This document shows positions 37,713-47,811 of a DNA stretch of 64,000 bases, piece by piece (the first letter of the stretch is position 1; every line of letters begins with the position of its first letter). The stretch covers positions 43,317-107,316 of the forward strand of contig JAOADV010000005.1 of NCBI GenBank assembly GCA_026417135.1, written 5' to 3'. Origin of the DNA: Ignavibacteria bacterium (GTDB taxonomy: Bacteria; Bacteroidota; Ignavibacteria; Kapaibacteriales; UBA2268). Both the position numbers and the translations under genes were made by a program. Under the pieces are notes generated by a model. The model made no database searches, was not told the DNA's origin, and saw only the letters and a program-made list of their open reading frames with translations.

Positions 37713-40700
37713 AATATCGTCTCTTTTATCATCTTTTTCAACCGCCATACAATTTCCACTGCATCGTTAAACGAAACAATTGGAGTTTTAAAACAAAGCC
37801 TATCACCATTTTCGTAAAATTTTCCTCCAGCAATAGATACACCAAAATCTAAAAGCATCGGTAGAACCCTCTCGTAAAACTGATTATTCTCCCTTTTAGG
37901 AAATTCCAAATTTAGAACTTTTCTTTTAATTTTTACTTTTTCGATACCTGTATCCAAAGCCTTTAGTCGCAAGTTAATGACTTTAAATAAGTTTTCGACT
38001 TCGACTGGAAATTTGCCAAATTTATCTTGTATTTCCATTTGAACTTTTTTCAATTCCTCGATAGTTTTAACTCCATAAAGCTCTTTGTAATATCGAAATC
38101 GGTCCATTTCATTTGGCATATAATGTTGAGGCAAAAAAGCATCGAAATCGACTTCTAATTGAATTTCTTCGTTTTTTAAAAATTTGGTAGAAATATCACC
38201 TAATTCATCTTTGAATATCTCCGAAAATTCTTCCCTTTTAATTTCGGCAACTGCTTCGTCGAGTATTTTATGATACATTTCGTAACCAATTTCGTGGATG
38301 AACCCACTTTGCTCGACCCCAAAAAGATTTCCAGCACCTCGAATTTCAAGGTCGCGCAAAGCAAGCTTGAATCCACTTCCTAAATCTGTATATTCCTCTA
38401 ATGCTTGCAATCGATGTAGTGCCTTCTTGGTTAAAGTTTCTAAAGGTGGAATAATTAAATAACAAAATGCTTGTACATTTTTTCTCCCAACTCTTCCACG
38501 CAATTGATAAAGTTCAGCTAACCCAAAATTCTGCGCATTATAAATAAAGATAGTATTTGCTCTTGGAATGTCAATGCCAGATTCAATAATTTTTGTGGTT
38601 AACAAAATTTCAAATTCTCCAAGGATAAAATTATAAACAATCTCTTCAAGCTCCGAGTTTTTCATTTGCCCGTGTGCAACACCGATTTTAGCTGAAGGCA
38701 ACAACTTCAGCAAGCGATTCAACACAAGCTCGAGTCTACTTATTTTATCGACAACGAAAAAAACTTGTCCATTTCGTGCAAGTTCCTTTCGTATAGCATC
38801 CTTGATAAAGTCATCGTTCCAATAAATTACTTCTGTATATATTGGCAACCGATTACGCGGTGGAGTTTCCATCAAACTCATATCTCTTATTCCAAGAAGA
38901 GAAAACTGCAAAGTTCGAGGAATCGGCGTAGCAGTTAGAGTTATAGTATCTATATTCACTCTTAACTTTCTTAGTTTCTCCTTTGCTGTAACCCCAAATC
39001 GATGCTCTTCATCGATAATCAGTAAACCAAGGTCTTTAAATTTCACATCCTCACTCAATAAGCGGTGTGTCCCAATTATTATATCAATCTTACCTTCTGA
39101 AAGTTTTTCTAAAATTTCTGATGTCTTCTTTCCACTTTTAAACCGCGATAAAGACTCAATGATTACTGGATACTTTCCCAATCGCTCTTTAAATGTAACT
39201 TCGTGTTGACTTGCTAAAATCGTAGTTGGAACAAGAACAGCAACTTGTTTCCCCGACTGTACAGCTTTAAACGCAGCTCTTATTGCTACTTCAGTTTTGC
39301 CAAAACCAACATCACCACAGATTAATCTATCCATAGGTATTTCGGATTCCATATCTTTTTTTACATCTTCGGTTGCCTTTGCTTGGTCTATGGTATCTTC
39401 GTAAATAAAAGACGCCTCGCACTCTTTTTGCCAAATAGTATCGCATCCAAAAGCAAAACCTTTTGTCAACTTTCTTTCGGCATATATTTTTATCAATTCT
39501 TTTGCTGCATCTTTTAATCGTTCCTTTATTCTACGCTTCTTTCGCTCCCAATCGTTCGTCCCAAGTTTCGATAATTTAGGAACTACCCCTTCTTCGGCAG
39601 TGTACTTTTGAAGCTTGTATAAATAACTCAAATTCAAATATACAACGTCGTCGTCGGCAAAAACTAAACGAACACAGTCGTGAGAGCAATCATTAAAGTT
39701 AATACGTTGTATTCCGTCAAATTTCGCTATTCCCTTGTCAATATGAACTACATAATCCCCAACGTTCAATTCTTTCAACTCACTGAGTGTTATACCTCTC
39801 TTTTTCAAATCTTTACTTGTAACACGGACCCTTTGTCTTCCGAAAATCTGATGTTCAGACCAAAATACAAGCCCAAGACTGTCGAAAACAAAACTTTCTC
39901 CGAGAGGCTTATCGAACCAAATGCAGTCTGTGATTATTTCTTCGGGACTTTTTATCCCTTCATATTTTTCAAGATTCTGCTCAAATTCTAATTCAATTGC
40001 ATTCCTTACAATATCCTTCAATCTATTCGAAAGTAGTTCACCATCGGATGCAAAGCATATTATATAACCACTTTGATAATAATCAAGAAACTCTTTGGCA
40101 AAATTACTTATCGAAGAGTACGAGCTAGGCAAACTTCTACTCTTAACTTCAACATTAGAAAACAATATCGAATTCAAGTAGATAGTTTGGTATTCTTTCT
40201 TGAATTTAAAATCTGGATTATTGTTTTGGATAATTTCTGGTTGAACAACAACTAATAAATCCTCGTTGATAAAATAATCTTCGATAGGAGAAATTCGCTC
40301 TTGAAATTGAGATAATGTTGTAATGAATTCAATTTCATTCAAATTTTTCTGACTTCTATGCGTTTCGATGTCAAATTCACGAATGGATTCAATTTCGTCA
40401 CCAAAAAATTCAAGTCGTATCGGATTACTTAGTCCAATCGGGAAAAAGTCGACAATCGAACCTCGAACTGCGATATCACCAATACGCTCAACATAATCTT
40501 TTTTTTCGAAACCTTTTAAAAGTAAATTACCTATAAACTCTTGATATTGTATCGGCTTGCCAACGTAAAGATGTTCCTTTGTGTTCAGCAACGAGTTTGG
40601 CTCGGGAAAATTTATTTGGAGAACCTCTGGACTTAATAGAAGAATTGAATTCTGCCTTTCGGCAAAACAAACTAACTTTTCGAAAAGAACCAATTCTCTA

Positions 40701-41008
40701 TCGGCAACGCTTGCACGAAGTACACTGGATGAACTGGGAAAACTTAAGGAATATACATCATTTCCTTCGAAAAACTCGGACAAATCTAAATAGATTTTAT
40801 TAATAGAGTCATCGTCTGGTGCGACAACGATAATTCTTCGATTTGGAACTAACCTTCGGAATAAATAAATAAAAAAAGATAACAAAGACCCGTTCAAAAA
40901 GCGAATTCCAAAGGTTTCGCCTTTACCAAGGAATTTGGAAATTTCTTTAAGTTCCTTTGTTTGTAAAAAATTTGTAATTATTTGATTTAACAAATCTTGT
41001 TCGAACAC
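37709..41008 (-). CDS. mfd: Transcription-repair coupling factor
   Basis: UvrB-homology region, RID domain, DRLICGDVGFGKTEVA, IIDEEHRFGV, QLRGRVGR, DLEIRGAGNLFG. Confidence 0.97.
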   Translation of the reverse strand: MFEQDLLNQIITNFLQTKELKEISKFLGKGETFGIRFLNGSLLSFFIYLFRRLVPNRRIIVVAPDDDSINKIYLDLSEFFEGNDVYSLSFPSSSSVLRASVADRELVLFEKLVCFAERQNSILLLSPEVLQINFPEPNSLLNTKEHLYVGKPIQYQEFIGNLLLKGFEKKDYVERIGDIAVRGSIVDFFPIGLSNPIRLEFFGDEIESIREFDIETHRSQKNLNEIEFITTLSQFQERISPIEDYFINEDLLVVVQPEIIQNNNPDFKFKKEYQTIYLNSILFSNVEVKSRSLPSSYSSISNFAKEFLDYYQSGYIICFASDGELLSNRLKDIVRNAIELEFEQNLEKYEGIKSPEEIITDCIWFDKPLGESFVFDSLGLVFWSEHQIFGRQRVRVTSKDLKKRGITLSELKELNVGDYVVHIDKGIAKFDGIQRINFNDCSHDCVRLVFADDDVVYLNLSYLYKLQKYTAEEGVVPKLSKLGTNDWERKKRRIKERLKDAAKELIKIYAERKLTKGFAFGCDTIWQKECEASFIYEDTIDQAKATEDVKKDMESEIPMDRLICGDVGFGKTEVAIRAAFKAVQSGKQVAVLVPTTILASQHEVTFKERLGKYPVIIESLSRFKSGKKTSEILEKLSEGKIDIIIGTHRLLSEDVKFKDLGLLIIDEEHRFGVTAKEKLRKLRVNIDTITLTATPIPRTLQFSLLGIRDMSLMETPPRNRLPIYTEVIYWNDDFIKDAIRKELARNGQVFFVVDKISRLELVLNRLLKLLPSAKIGVAHGQMKNSELEEIVYNFILGEFEILLTTKIIESGIDIPRANTIFIYNAQNFGLAELYQLRGRVGRKNVQAFCYLIIPPLETLTKKALHRLQALEEYTDLGSGFKLALRDLEIRGAGNLFGVEQSGFIHEIGYEMYHKILDEAVAEIKREEFSEIFKDELGDISTKFLKNEEIQLEVDFDAFLPQHYMPNEMDRFRYYKELYGVKTIEELKKVQMEIQDKFGKFPVEVENLFKVINLRLKALDTGIEKVKIKRKVLNLEFPKRENNQFYERVLPMLLDFGVSIAGGKFYENGDRLCFKTPIVSFNDAVEIVWRLKKMIKETIL

Positions 41009-41137
41009 TTATGGTAAAATTCAAAAAATTTATCCGACAAATACAAGTTCATCAGTAAACCAAATAGAGAAAAAAATTTTAAATCTAACTTTTCTCAAAA
41101 TTAATTTTTTACAAAGCAAAGTCATAAGAATTATTGC

Positions 41138-42415
41138 TCAACTCAGAATAAAACGTTGGAAAAGATAAGTGAAATACTTTTTGTTTTTCTGCAAGGGTCG
41201 GGTCCGAAACTCAATTCCATTTTCTGTCTCGACTTTTTCTATAACATCGGATAAATCGTAAACATACTGCATCAATTCTAATCGATTGTATGGAAGAAGC
41301 AAACAAACAAAATCGGTCTCTTTTTCCATTATTGTTATCATTTTTTCGAGCAAAGAATTTAGATTGATGCCTCTTTCTGCCGAAATCAAAATAGCATCGG
41401 GATACCTTCTCTGTAAGTCTCGAATATATTCTTTATCCTTGATTAAATCAATTTTATTCAAAACAAGGATTCTCGGTTTCTGGTTTAAATTTAAACTTTC
41501 CAAAGTCTCGTCGACAACTTGAATTTGCTCGGAAAGAAAGCGATGACTGGCATCGGCAACGTGAATTAAAGCTTCGGCATAGCTAACTTCGGCGAGAGTG
41601 CTACGAAACGAGGCAACAAGGTGGGCTGGCAATTTTCGGATAAATCCAACAGTATCGGAAAGTAAGACTATTTTACCATTGGGAAGCCGCAAAGCACGAG
41701 TTGTTGTATCCAAAGTTGCAAACAATTTATTTGCTACGAAAACATCGGATTCGGTCAACGCGCGCATAAGAGTTGACTTGCCTGCATTAGTATAACCAAC
41801 AAAAGAAAACTTAAAGAATTCATCTCTTGCTTTTCGTTCGACTTCTTTTTGCTTGGCAATATCAAGCAATTTTTTCTTTAATTTCTGGATACGCTCTTTT
41901 AGTAATCTCCTGTCCGTTTCAATTTGCTTTTCCCCTGGACCTCGAGTTCCAATACCTCCATATTGTTTCGACAAGTGGGTCCACAATTTCGTTAACCGAG
42001 GCAACATATATTGCAGTTGAGCAAGTTCAACTTGGGTCTTTGCTTCCAAAGTTCTAGCATTTTGTGCAAAAATAGACAAAATTAATGTTGTTCTATCTAT
42101 CACTTTAACTTGAAATTCAGTCTCGAGATTTTTTAATTGCACTGGTGATAAGTCGTCGTCGAAAACTATCAGAGTGATATTTTTATCGTTGATTAATTGT
42201 TTAATTTCTTGAACTTTTCCCTTACCAATAGCTGTTGCTGGATATGGAGTTGAAAGTTCTTGAGAAATATAATCGACAACCTCACCACCCGCCGTATCAA
42301 CCAACAAAGCTAATTCTTCGAGATGCTCTTCAATTACTTCTTTTTCGGTGCCCTTTCTCGGAACCGCAACAAGCAAAGTTTTTTCGGGAGCAATGCTATT
42401 TTCGACCATCCTCAC
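41138..42415 (-). CDS. hflX: Ribosome-splitting GTPase HflX
   Basis: GPGEKQIETDRR, VGYTNAGKST, LFATLDTT, DTVGFI, NKID. Confidence 0.97.
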   Translation of the reverse strand: MRMVENSIAPEKTLLVAVPRKGTEKEVIEEHLEELALLVDTAGGEVVDYISQELSTPYPATAIGKGKVQEIKQLINDKNITLIVFDDDLSPVQLKNLETEFQVKVIDRTTLILSIFAQNARTLEAKTQVELAQLQYMLPRLTKLWTHLSKQYGGIGTRGPGEKQIETDRRLLKERIQKLKKKLLDIAKQKEVERKARDEFFKFSFVGYTNAGKSTLMRALTESDVFVANKLFATLDTTTRALRLPNGKIVLLSDTVGFIRKLPAHLVASFRSTLAEVSYAEALIHVADASHRFLSEQIQVVDETLESLNLNQKPRILVLNKIDLIKDKEYIRDLQRRYPDAILISAERGINLNSLLEKMITIMEKETDFVCLLLPYNRLELMQYVYDLSDVIEKVETENGIEFRTRPLQKNKKYFTYLFQRFILS

Positions 42416-42520
42416 GTATGTGAAACATCAAAACGAATAAACGAAATATTTAAAGCAAAATTTTGTCAAGATTAGTAAGTTACTTAATTTGCATAATGTT
42501 TTTAAAAAAACGGCTGATAT

Positions 42521-43669
42521 ATGGTATCGTTTCAACTCGATGAAATTCACGAACAAATTAGGCAAACCATTAGGAAATTCGCACAAGAAGAAATCGCCCC
42601 TACTGTTGTCGAAAGAGATATTAATTCAACTTATCCAAAGGAAATTATAAAAAAACTCGGCGAACTGGGATTTCTCGGAATGACAGTATCCCCAGAATGG
42701 GGTGGTTCGGGACTGGACACTATAAGTTACGTTATTGCAATGGAAGAAATTAGTAAAGTCGATGCTTCGGTAGCAGTTATATTCTCTGTCCATAATTCTC
42801 TTGTAAATTGGATTTTCGAAAAATATGGGTCCAATTATTTAAAAGAAAAATATTTGCGAAGACTTGTTACTGGAGAGTTAATCGGTGCTTATGCTTTAAG
42901 CGAACCAGAAGCTGGAAGCGACGCGACACAAATTAAAACTTCTGCAACGAAATTTGGTAATCATTGGGTTTTAAATGGAACCAAAAATTGGATAACCACA
43001 GGCGAAAATGCCGATATTTACGTCGTTTTTGCCAATACCAACTTCGAACTGCGACATAAAGGTATAACTTGCTTTGCAATTGAAAAGGGAACAAAGGGTT
43101 TTGAACCGGGGAAAAAAGAAGACAAAATGGGATTACGTTCCAGCGACACAACTTCGATTGGCCTAACTAATGTCGAAGTACCAGAAGAAAACGTGATTGG
43201 TAATGTTGGAGAAGGTTTCTACATTGCAATGAACGGGCTCAACGGAGGTAGAATTGGAATTGCTGCACAAGCTTTGGGCATTGCGCAAGGAGCTTTCGAA
43301 GCAGCTGTTCGTTATGCAAAAGAAAGAGTAACTTTTGGCAAACCTATAATCGAGCATCAATTAATTCAAGCCAAACTTGCACAAATGTCGATGAAAATCA
43401 ATGCTGCTCGACTTTTGATTTACAAAGCAGCTTGGCTAAGAGATAACGGATACGACCATATCCAAGAAGCTGCCGAAGCAAAGCTCTTTGCAAGTACCAT
43501 AGCAAACGAAATCACCCGCGAGGCTGTCCAAATTCACGGTGGTTATGGATACGTTCGTGAATACCACGTCGAAAGAATGATGCGCGATGCAAAGGTAACG
43601 GAAATTTACGAAGGGACTTCCGAAATTCAGCAGCTGGTCATAGCAAAAGAAATCATCAAAAAAATGTAA
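42521..43669 (+). CDS. Acyl-CoA dehydrogenase (short/branched-chain type)
   Basis: ALSEPEAGSDA, NGTKNWIT, GRIGIAAQA, QIHGGYGY, IYEGTSEIQ. Confidence 0.96.
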   Translation: MVSFQLDEIHEQIRQTIRKFAQEEIAPTVVERDINSTYPKEIIKKLGELGFLGMTVSPEWGGSGLDTISYVIAMEEISKVDASVAVIFSVHNSLVNWIFEKYGSNYLKEKYLRRLVTGELIGAYALSEPEAGSDATQIKTSATKFGNHWVLNGTKNWITTGENADIYVVFANTNFELRHKGITCFAIEKGTKGFEPGKKEDKMGLRSSDTTSIGLTNVEVPEENVIGNVGEGFYIAMNGLNGGRIGIAAQALGIAQGAFEAAVRYAKERVTFGKPIIEHQLIQAKLAQMSMKINAARLLIYKAAWLRDNGYDHIQEAAEAKLFASTIANEITREAVQIHGGYGYVREYHVERMMRDAKVTEIYEGTSEIQQLVIAKEIIKKM

Positions 43670-43842
43670 TTATTACAATTTTTTTCGACTTCTTCGATTA
43701 TTATATTAGATTGTTGGTTAATTTTAGCCAAATTAATGTGAGTGCAAAAAAGTAAGTAATATGAGAAATTGCTTGGAAATAACTTATTAAATTGCTCTTT
43801 GGCATAATTTTTTATACATAAAACTTTAAAAAGGCAATAATT

Positions 43843-44454
43843 ATGGCAAAAAAAGAAGCTAACGAGTTAGAAAACGGTGGAGCTCCTGCGAACGAAGTCA
43901 AAGAGGAGAAGAAGCAGTCTTCTTCGCTTGGCTTGATTCATATTCTTGCAATAGTCGGAGGCTCCCTTTTAATCTTGATCCTTGCAACAAGATTTATCTT
44001 CTTGCCGTATATTCGTGAAGCGCTTGAATTGCAAGACCCCACTAAACAAGAAGCAAAAATGAAAGAAGAAGAAAGCCGAAAAAAGCTTGACCCATTTGCA
44101 GATGTGGACAAAAAGCTAATTCGGTTCGTTCAAACTGGAAGGATTACCACAAATCCCTTAAATTCTGAACAATTTGTAGTCGTTAATCTTAGCTTTCGTT
44201 TTTCGGCAAAAGACGAAAAGGTTTTAAAAGAATCAGTTATCGAAGGGGGCGAAGGAAGCACAACTCTGCAACCAGAAATTATGGGACGAATTCGAGGGAA
44301 AATCAATCAAATGTTAGGTTCTTCGACAGTACAAGATTTGCAACAGCAACGAACTAATCTTCCATTAATCTTCAAAGACAGTTTAAAACATATTTTCGAA
44401 TACCATGAACTAAATCTTGGTGAAGTCTTTTTAGAAGAATTTATAATTCAATAG
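43843..44454 (+). CDS. fliL: Flagellar basal body-associated protein FliL
   Basis: Single TM helix, ITTNP....FVVVNL, C-terminal EVFLEEFIIQ; first gene before fliM. Confidence 0.85.
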   Translation: MAKKEANELENGGAPANEVKEEKKQSSSLGLIHILAIVGGSLLILILATRFIFLPYIREALELQDPTKQEAKMKEEESRKKLDPFADVDKKLIRFVQTGRITTNPLNSEQFVVVNLSFRFSAKDEKVLKESVIEGGEGSTTLQPEIMGRIRGKINQMLGSSTVQDLQQQRTNLPLIFKDSLKHIFEYHELNLGEVFLEEFIIQ

Positions 44455-44463
44455 CATAGATAT

Positions 44464-45495
44464 ATGAGCGAAGTCCTTTCACAATCCGAAATAGATAAAC
44501 TGCTCGACGAAATGTCGAGTGGAGCACTCGACGTCGAAGATTTCGCCGGAGAAAGAATCAAAAAAAGCGAGATTGTCAATTACGATTTCCGCAGACCCAA
44601 TCGCATTTCCAAAAGCCAAGTTCGAACCTTTCAAAGCATTCACGAGAACTTTGCCGAAACATTTGGATATTATCTTGTTTCGCGTCTGCAAACCGTTGTC
44701 TCGATTTCAGTTACCTCCGTGGACCAATTATTTTACTCAGAATATATACTTTCTGTTTCTAATCCCAGTTGTTTATATGTTTTCGATATTGTTGGAACCG
44801 ATGGAGCCGGTATATTGGAAATTAGTCCTCAACTCGCCTTAGTACTTGTCGAAAGGCTTCTTGGGGGAAGCGGTGAAGTCCAACCTAAACCGAGAGCAAT
44901 AACCACAATAGAGCAATCTGTTATTAAAAACGTTATTGAACAAGCACTCCATTATTTAGAAAATGCTTGGCGTTCAATTGCCGAACTTTCATTTAAATAT
45001 CAGCGATTAGAGTTAGAGGCAGACTTTGTCCAAGTCGCACCTTCATCCGAAATTGTTATCGTAGTCTCATTCGATGTCAACATTGGCTTGCACACCTATC
45101 TTATGAATCTTTGCTTTCCTACATTTGCCTTGGAAGAGGTATTAACCAAACTCTCTCGTCAACAAGTTACTGCTGGACCAATTAAAATGACTCCCGAAAA
45201 AATGAGAGAAAACGTCGAGACGCTTAAAAGGCATATGTCGAAAACCTTTCTTCCCGTAGTTGCTGAACTTGGTCGCTCGTCAATAACTGCAAAAGAACTT
45301 CTCGAACTAAAAGCAGGGGACATTATCAAATTAAAAAATAAAATAACAGACGAGATTACAATTTATATTGCTGGAAGACGCAAATTTGCTGGGCGCCCGG
45401 GAATGGTTGATGGTAAAAAAGCTGTAAAAATTTTGCGTCCTCTTCGCGAAGAGGACCTTATCGAAGATGATTTGTTTTACAAAGAGGAGAGCTAA
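44464..45495 (+). CDS. fliM: Flagellar motor switch protein FliM
   Basis: MSEVLSQSEIDKLL CheY-binding peptide, YDFRRPNRISK, C-terminal SpoA domain. Confidence 0.97.
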   Translation: MSEVLSQSEIDKLLDEMSSGALDVEDFAGERIKKSEIVNYDFRRPNRISKSQVRTFQSIHENFAETFGYYLVSRLQTVVSISVTSVDQLFYSEYILSVSNPSCLYVFDIVGTDGAGILEISPQLALVLVERLLGGSGEVQPKPRAITTIEQSVIKNVIEQALHYLENAWRSIAELSFKYQRLELEADFVQVAPSSEIVIVVSFDVNIGLHTYLMNLCFPTFALEEVLTKLSRQQVTAGPIKMTPEKMRENVETLKRHMSKTFLPVVAELGRSSITAKELLELKAGDIIKLKNKITDEITIYIAGRRKFAGRPGMVDGKKAVKILRPLREEDLIEDDLFYKEES

Positions 45496-45497
45496 AA

Positions 45498-45908
45498 ATG
45501 TCTTTATCACAAGAAGAAATAGACGCTCTTATAAGCAGTGGTGCAAAGATACCCCCCGAAGAAAAGGGAACCTCTACGCCCGAAGGTTTAACAATTCCCA
45601 CGGGACAATCCTCTGAAATTGGAGAAACAATTTACTCTCCGCTCGACCCAAAACTTGAAATGCTATACGATTTGCAACTTCCCGTTTCAATCGAACTGGG
45701 AAGAACTAATATGCTTATCCGAGATATTTTGTATTTGGGACGAGGTTCTGTGATAGAATTCGATAAACTTGTTAGTGAACCAGTTGATGTTTTAGTCAAT
45801 GGGAAAAAAATTGCAGAAGGCGAAGTTGTTGTCATTGACAAGCATTTTGGAATTCGTATAACTACCCTTGTTGACCCAACAGAAAGATTAAAAACCTTAA
45901 AGAAATAA
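45498..45908 (+). CDS. fliN: Flagellar motor switch protein FliN
   Basis: MSLSQEEIDALI, DLQLPVSIELGRT, PVDVLVNGKKIAEGEVVVIDKHFGIRIT. Confidence 0.96.
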   Translation: MSLSQEEIDALISSGAKIPPEEKGTSTPEGLTIPTGQSSEIGETIYSPLDPKLEMLYDLQLPVSIELGRTNMLIRDILYLGRGSVIEFDKLVSEPVDVLVNGKKIAEGEVVVIDKHFGIRITTLVDPTERLKTLKK

Positions 45909-45919
45909 TTTTTTACTCT

Positions 45920-46306
45920 ATGAGCAATGCAGAATTTCTTCAATCAATAATAATTGTTGTAACTTTTTTAGTAGCTGTCTTTGTTATATCAAATTTCCTT
46001 CGAAAGTCAATTATCCGAAGAAAAACTAACGGAATAGAGTTTCAGTTCAATATTATTTCGCGATTACCATTAACAAATAAATCCTTTCTTTATATTGTTC
46101 AGGTGGGCAAAAATTTCTTACTTATTGGGGCAAGCGACAATCAAGTATCTGCGTTAGCCGATATAACTAAACTAATTAACAATAATCTAACCGAAACTAC
46201 AAGCACTATACTTAAACCAAAAATCTCAAATCCAAACCCTAGACAAGTTCAAAGTTTTTCCTTCAAGGATTTTCTCAAAGAAACCTTTAAGAAATCGAAA
46301 AATTAG
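45920..46306 (+). CDS. fliO: Flagellar biogenesis protein FliO/FliZ
   Basis: TM helix then IISRLPL..KSFLYIVQVGKNFLLIGASDNQVSAL; follows fliN. Confidence 0.85.
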   Translation: MSNAEFLQSIIIVVTFLVAVFVISNFLRKSIIRRKTNGIEFQFNIISRLPLTNKSFLYIVQVGKNFLLIGASDNQVSALADITKLINNNLTETTSTILKPKISNPNPRQVQSFSFKDFLKETFKKSKN

Positions 46307-46812
46307 ATCAGTTTAAGAATTTCCTCTGGTTTAAAAGCCACTTTGACATTTTTCAAAAAATCGATTTTTTCGAAATTTTCGCATAAGGTGTCCAAACATT
46401 GAAAAAAATCTAACCATTTTCTTCCACAGCAAATAATTTCTTTTTGCAAAAAGGAACGCTCTTTCAAAGCTAATAATGCAAAAAACTCAAGCAAAGTCCC
46501 GCTGCCACCATAAAAAACAAGAAAAATATCTCCAAGTTCAACCAGTTTTTGTAATCTTTCGAGATAAGTATCAACTTCAATAATTCGAGTAAGGAAGATA
46601 TTTGGTACTTTTACTCCTTTTCTCAAAACCACACCTATTCTTTCAACTTGAAAAGATGAAGCTCCTTTTGCCGAAGCTTCCATAACCCCATAATAACCAC
46701 CATTGACGATGTTATATCCTTTCTCCCCCAACAATCTTCCAACTTCAAATGCAAACTTATAAGTTCCCGAATCTTGTAAACATTTGCCATTTCCAAATAT
46801 AACAGCAGTCAT
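46303..46812 (-). CDS. LOG family (nucleotide phosphoribohydrolase-like) protein
   Basis: NGGYYGVMEASAKGA and YGGSGTLLE (variant of PGGxGTxxE). Confidence 0.85.
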   Translation of the reverse strand: MTAVIFGNGKCLQDSGTYKFAFEVGRLLGEKGYNIVNGGYYGVMEASAKGASSFQVERIGVVLRKGVKVPNIFLTRIIEVDTYLERLQKLVELGDIFLVFYGGSGTLLEFFALLALKERSFLQKEIICCGRKWLDFFQCLDTLCENFEKIDFLKNVKVAFKPEEILKLI

Positions 46813-46872
46813 TTTAGATAATACCTAAAAAAACTAAAAATCCTAAATTGTAATTTATATTTTTCATCCAAA

Positions 46873-47811
46873 ATGAAAATCAGTGTTGTAATAGTTACGC
46901 GAAATCGAAAAGAAGATTTAATTTGTTCAATTAATGCTTATTTGCGTCAAACTTATCCATTGAAAGAAATCGTCGTCGTTGACAACGGTTCTACCGATGG
47001 GACAAAGGAAGAGATTCCAAAACTATTTCCCGAAGTAAAATACTATTGGATACCAGAAAACTTTGATATTCGCTCGATAATTCTTGGAGTATATTGGAGC
47101 GACGGCGAAATAATTTGGCGATGCGACAGCGATTCCTACCCCGAAAGCGAATACGCATTCGAACAAGTTGTCGATATATTGAAAAAACACCCAGAGATAG
47201 ATATTATCGCAACAGAAAACATCGATGTTAGAAGAGATTATAGTGTTTGGGACTGGTATCCTTTAACTGTTTCGAAGACAAATATACCCGATGGGGGCTA
47301 TGAATCCCCGGTTTTTCAAGGGACTGGTGCAGCAATTCGCCGTAAAGTTTTCGACACTATCGGAGGATTCATAGGTTTCGGATTCGAAGAATACGACTTC
47401 GCCGCACGAGCAATAATCGCAGGTTTCAACATAAGATATTTCCCAAATATTAGAGTCCTTCACTTTGCAAGTTTAAAAGAACGAAACAGACCACACCGTT
47501 GGCTAACTACTTCAGAACAATTTATACGCTTTTCTTGGCGTTACTTCCCTTTTTTTCGAGCATTAGGAAGGACAATTTTGATAGTTCTTGCTCAATTGCT
47601 CGAAGGAATTGCAAAAGGACTTAAACCGTCAATTCTCATCGAAGGGTTTCTTTTAATGTGCTACACAATTTTCAAAACCGTACGAACAGAAAGAATGGTT
47701 CCACCCAAAGACAAATTAAAAAAAATAACTATGGGACGAAGCCTATTTTTGAGAATTATAAGAAATTACATATATATGCTTAGCTCACGATTCAAACGAA
47801 GAAAAAAATGA
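46873..47811 (+). CDS. Glycosyltransferase family 2
   Basis: ISVVIVTRNR, VVVDNGSTDGT, DSD motif, GFEEYDF. Confidence 0.9.
   Translation: MKISVVIVTRNRKEDLICSINAYLRQTYPLKEIVVVDNGSTDGTKEEIPKLFPEVKYYWIPENFDIRSIILGVYWSDGEIIWRCDSDSYPESEYAFEQVVDILKKHPEIDIIATENIDVRRDYSVWDWYPLTVSKTNIPDGGYESPVFQGTGAAIRRKVFDTIGGFIGFGFEEYDFAARAIIAGFNIRYFPNIRVLHFASLKERNRPHRWLTTSEQFIRFSWRYFPFFRALGRTILIVLAQLLEGIAKGLKPSILIEGFLLMCYTIFKTVRTERMVPPKDKLKKITMGRSLFLRIIRNYIYMLSSRFKRRKK

Noticed and set aside
37713-37748. 40-bp mfd/tsaB overlap implied by the ORF track
   Set aside because: GTG at 37712 gives the usual 4-bp GTGA coupling and a typical TsaB N-terminus.
43799-43815. Sigma54-like TTGGCAT upstream of fliL
   Set aside because: The -24 box matches, but the required -12 GC is replaced by TA. 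No sigma28 GCCGAT box was seen either.
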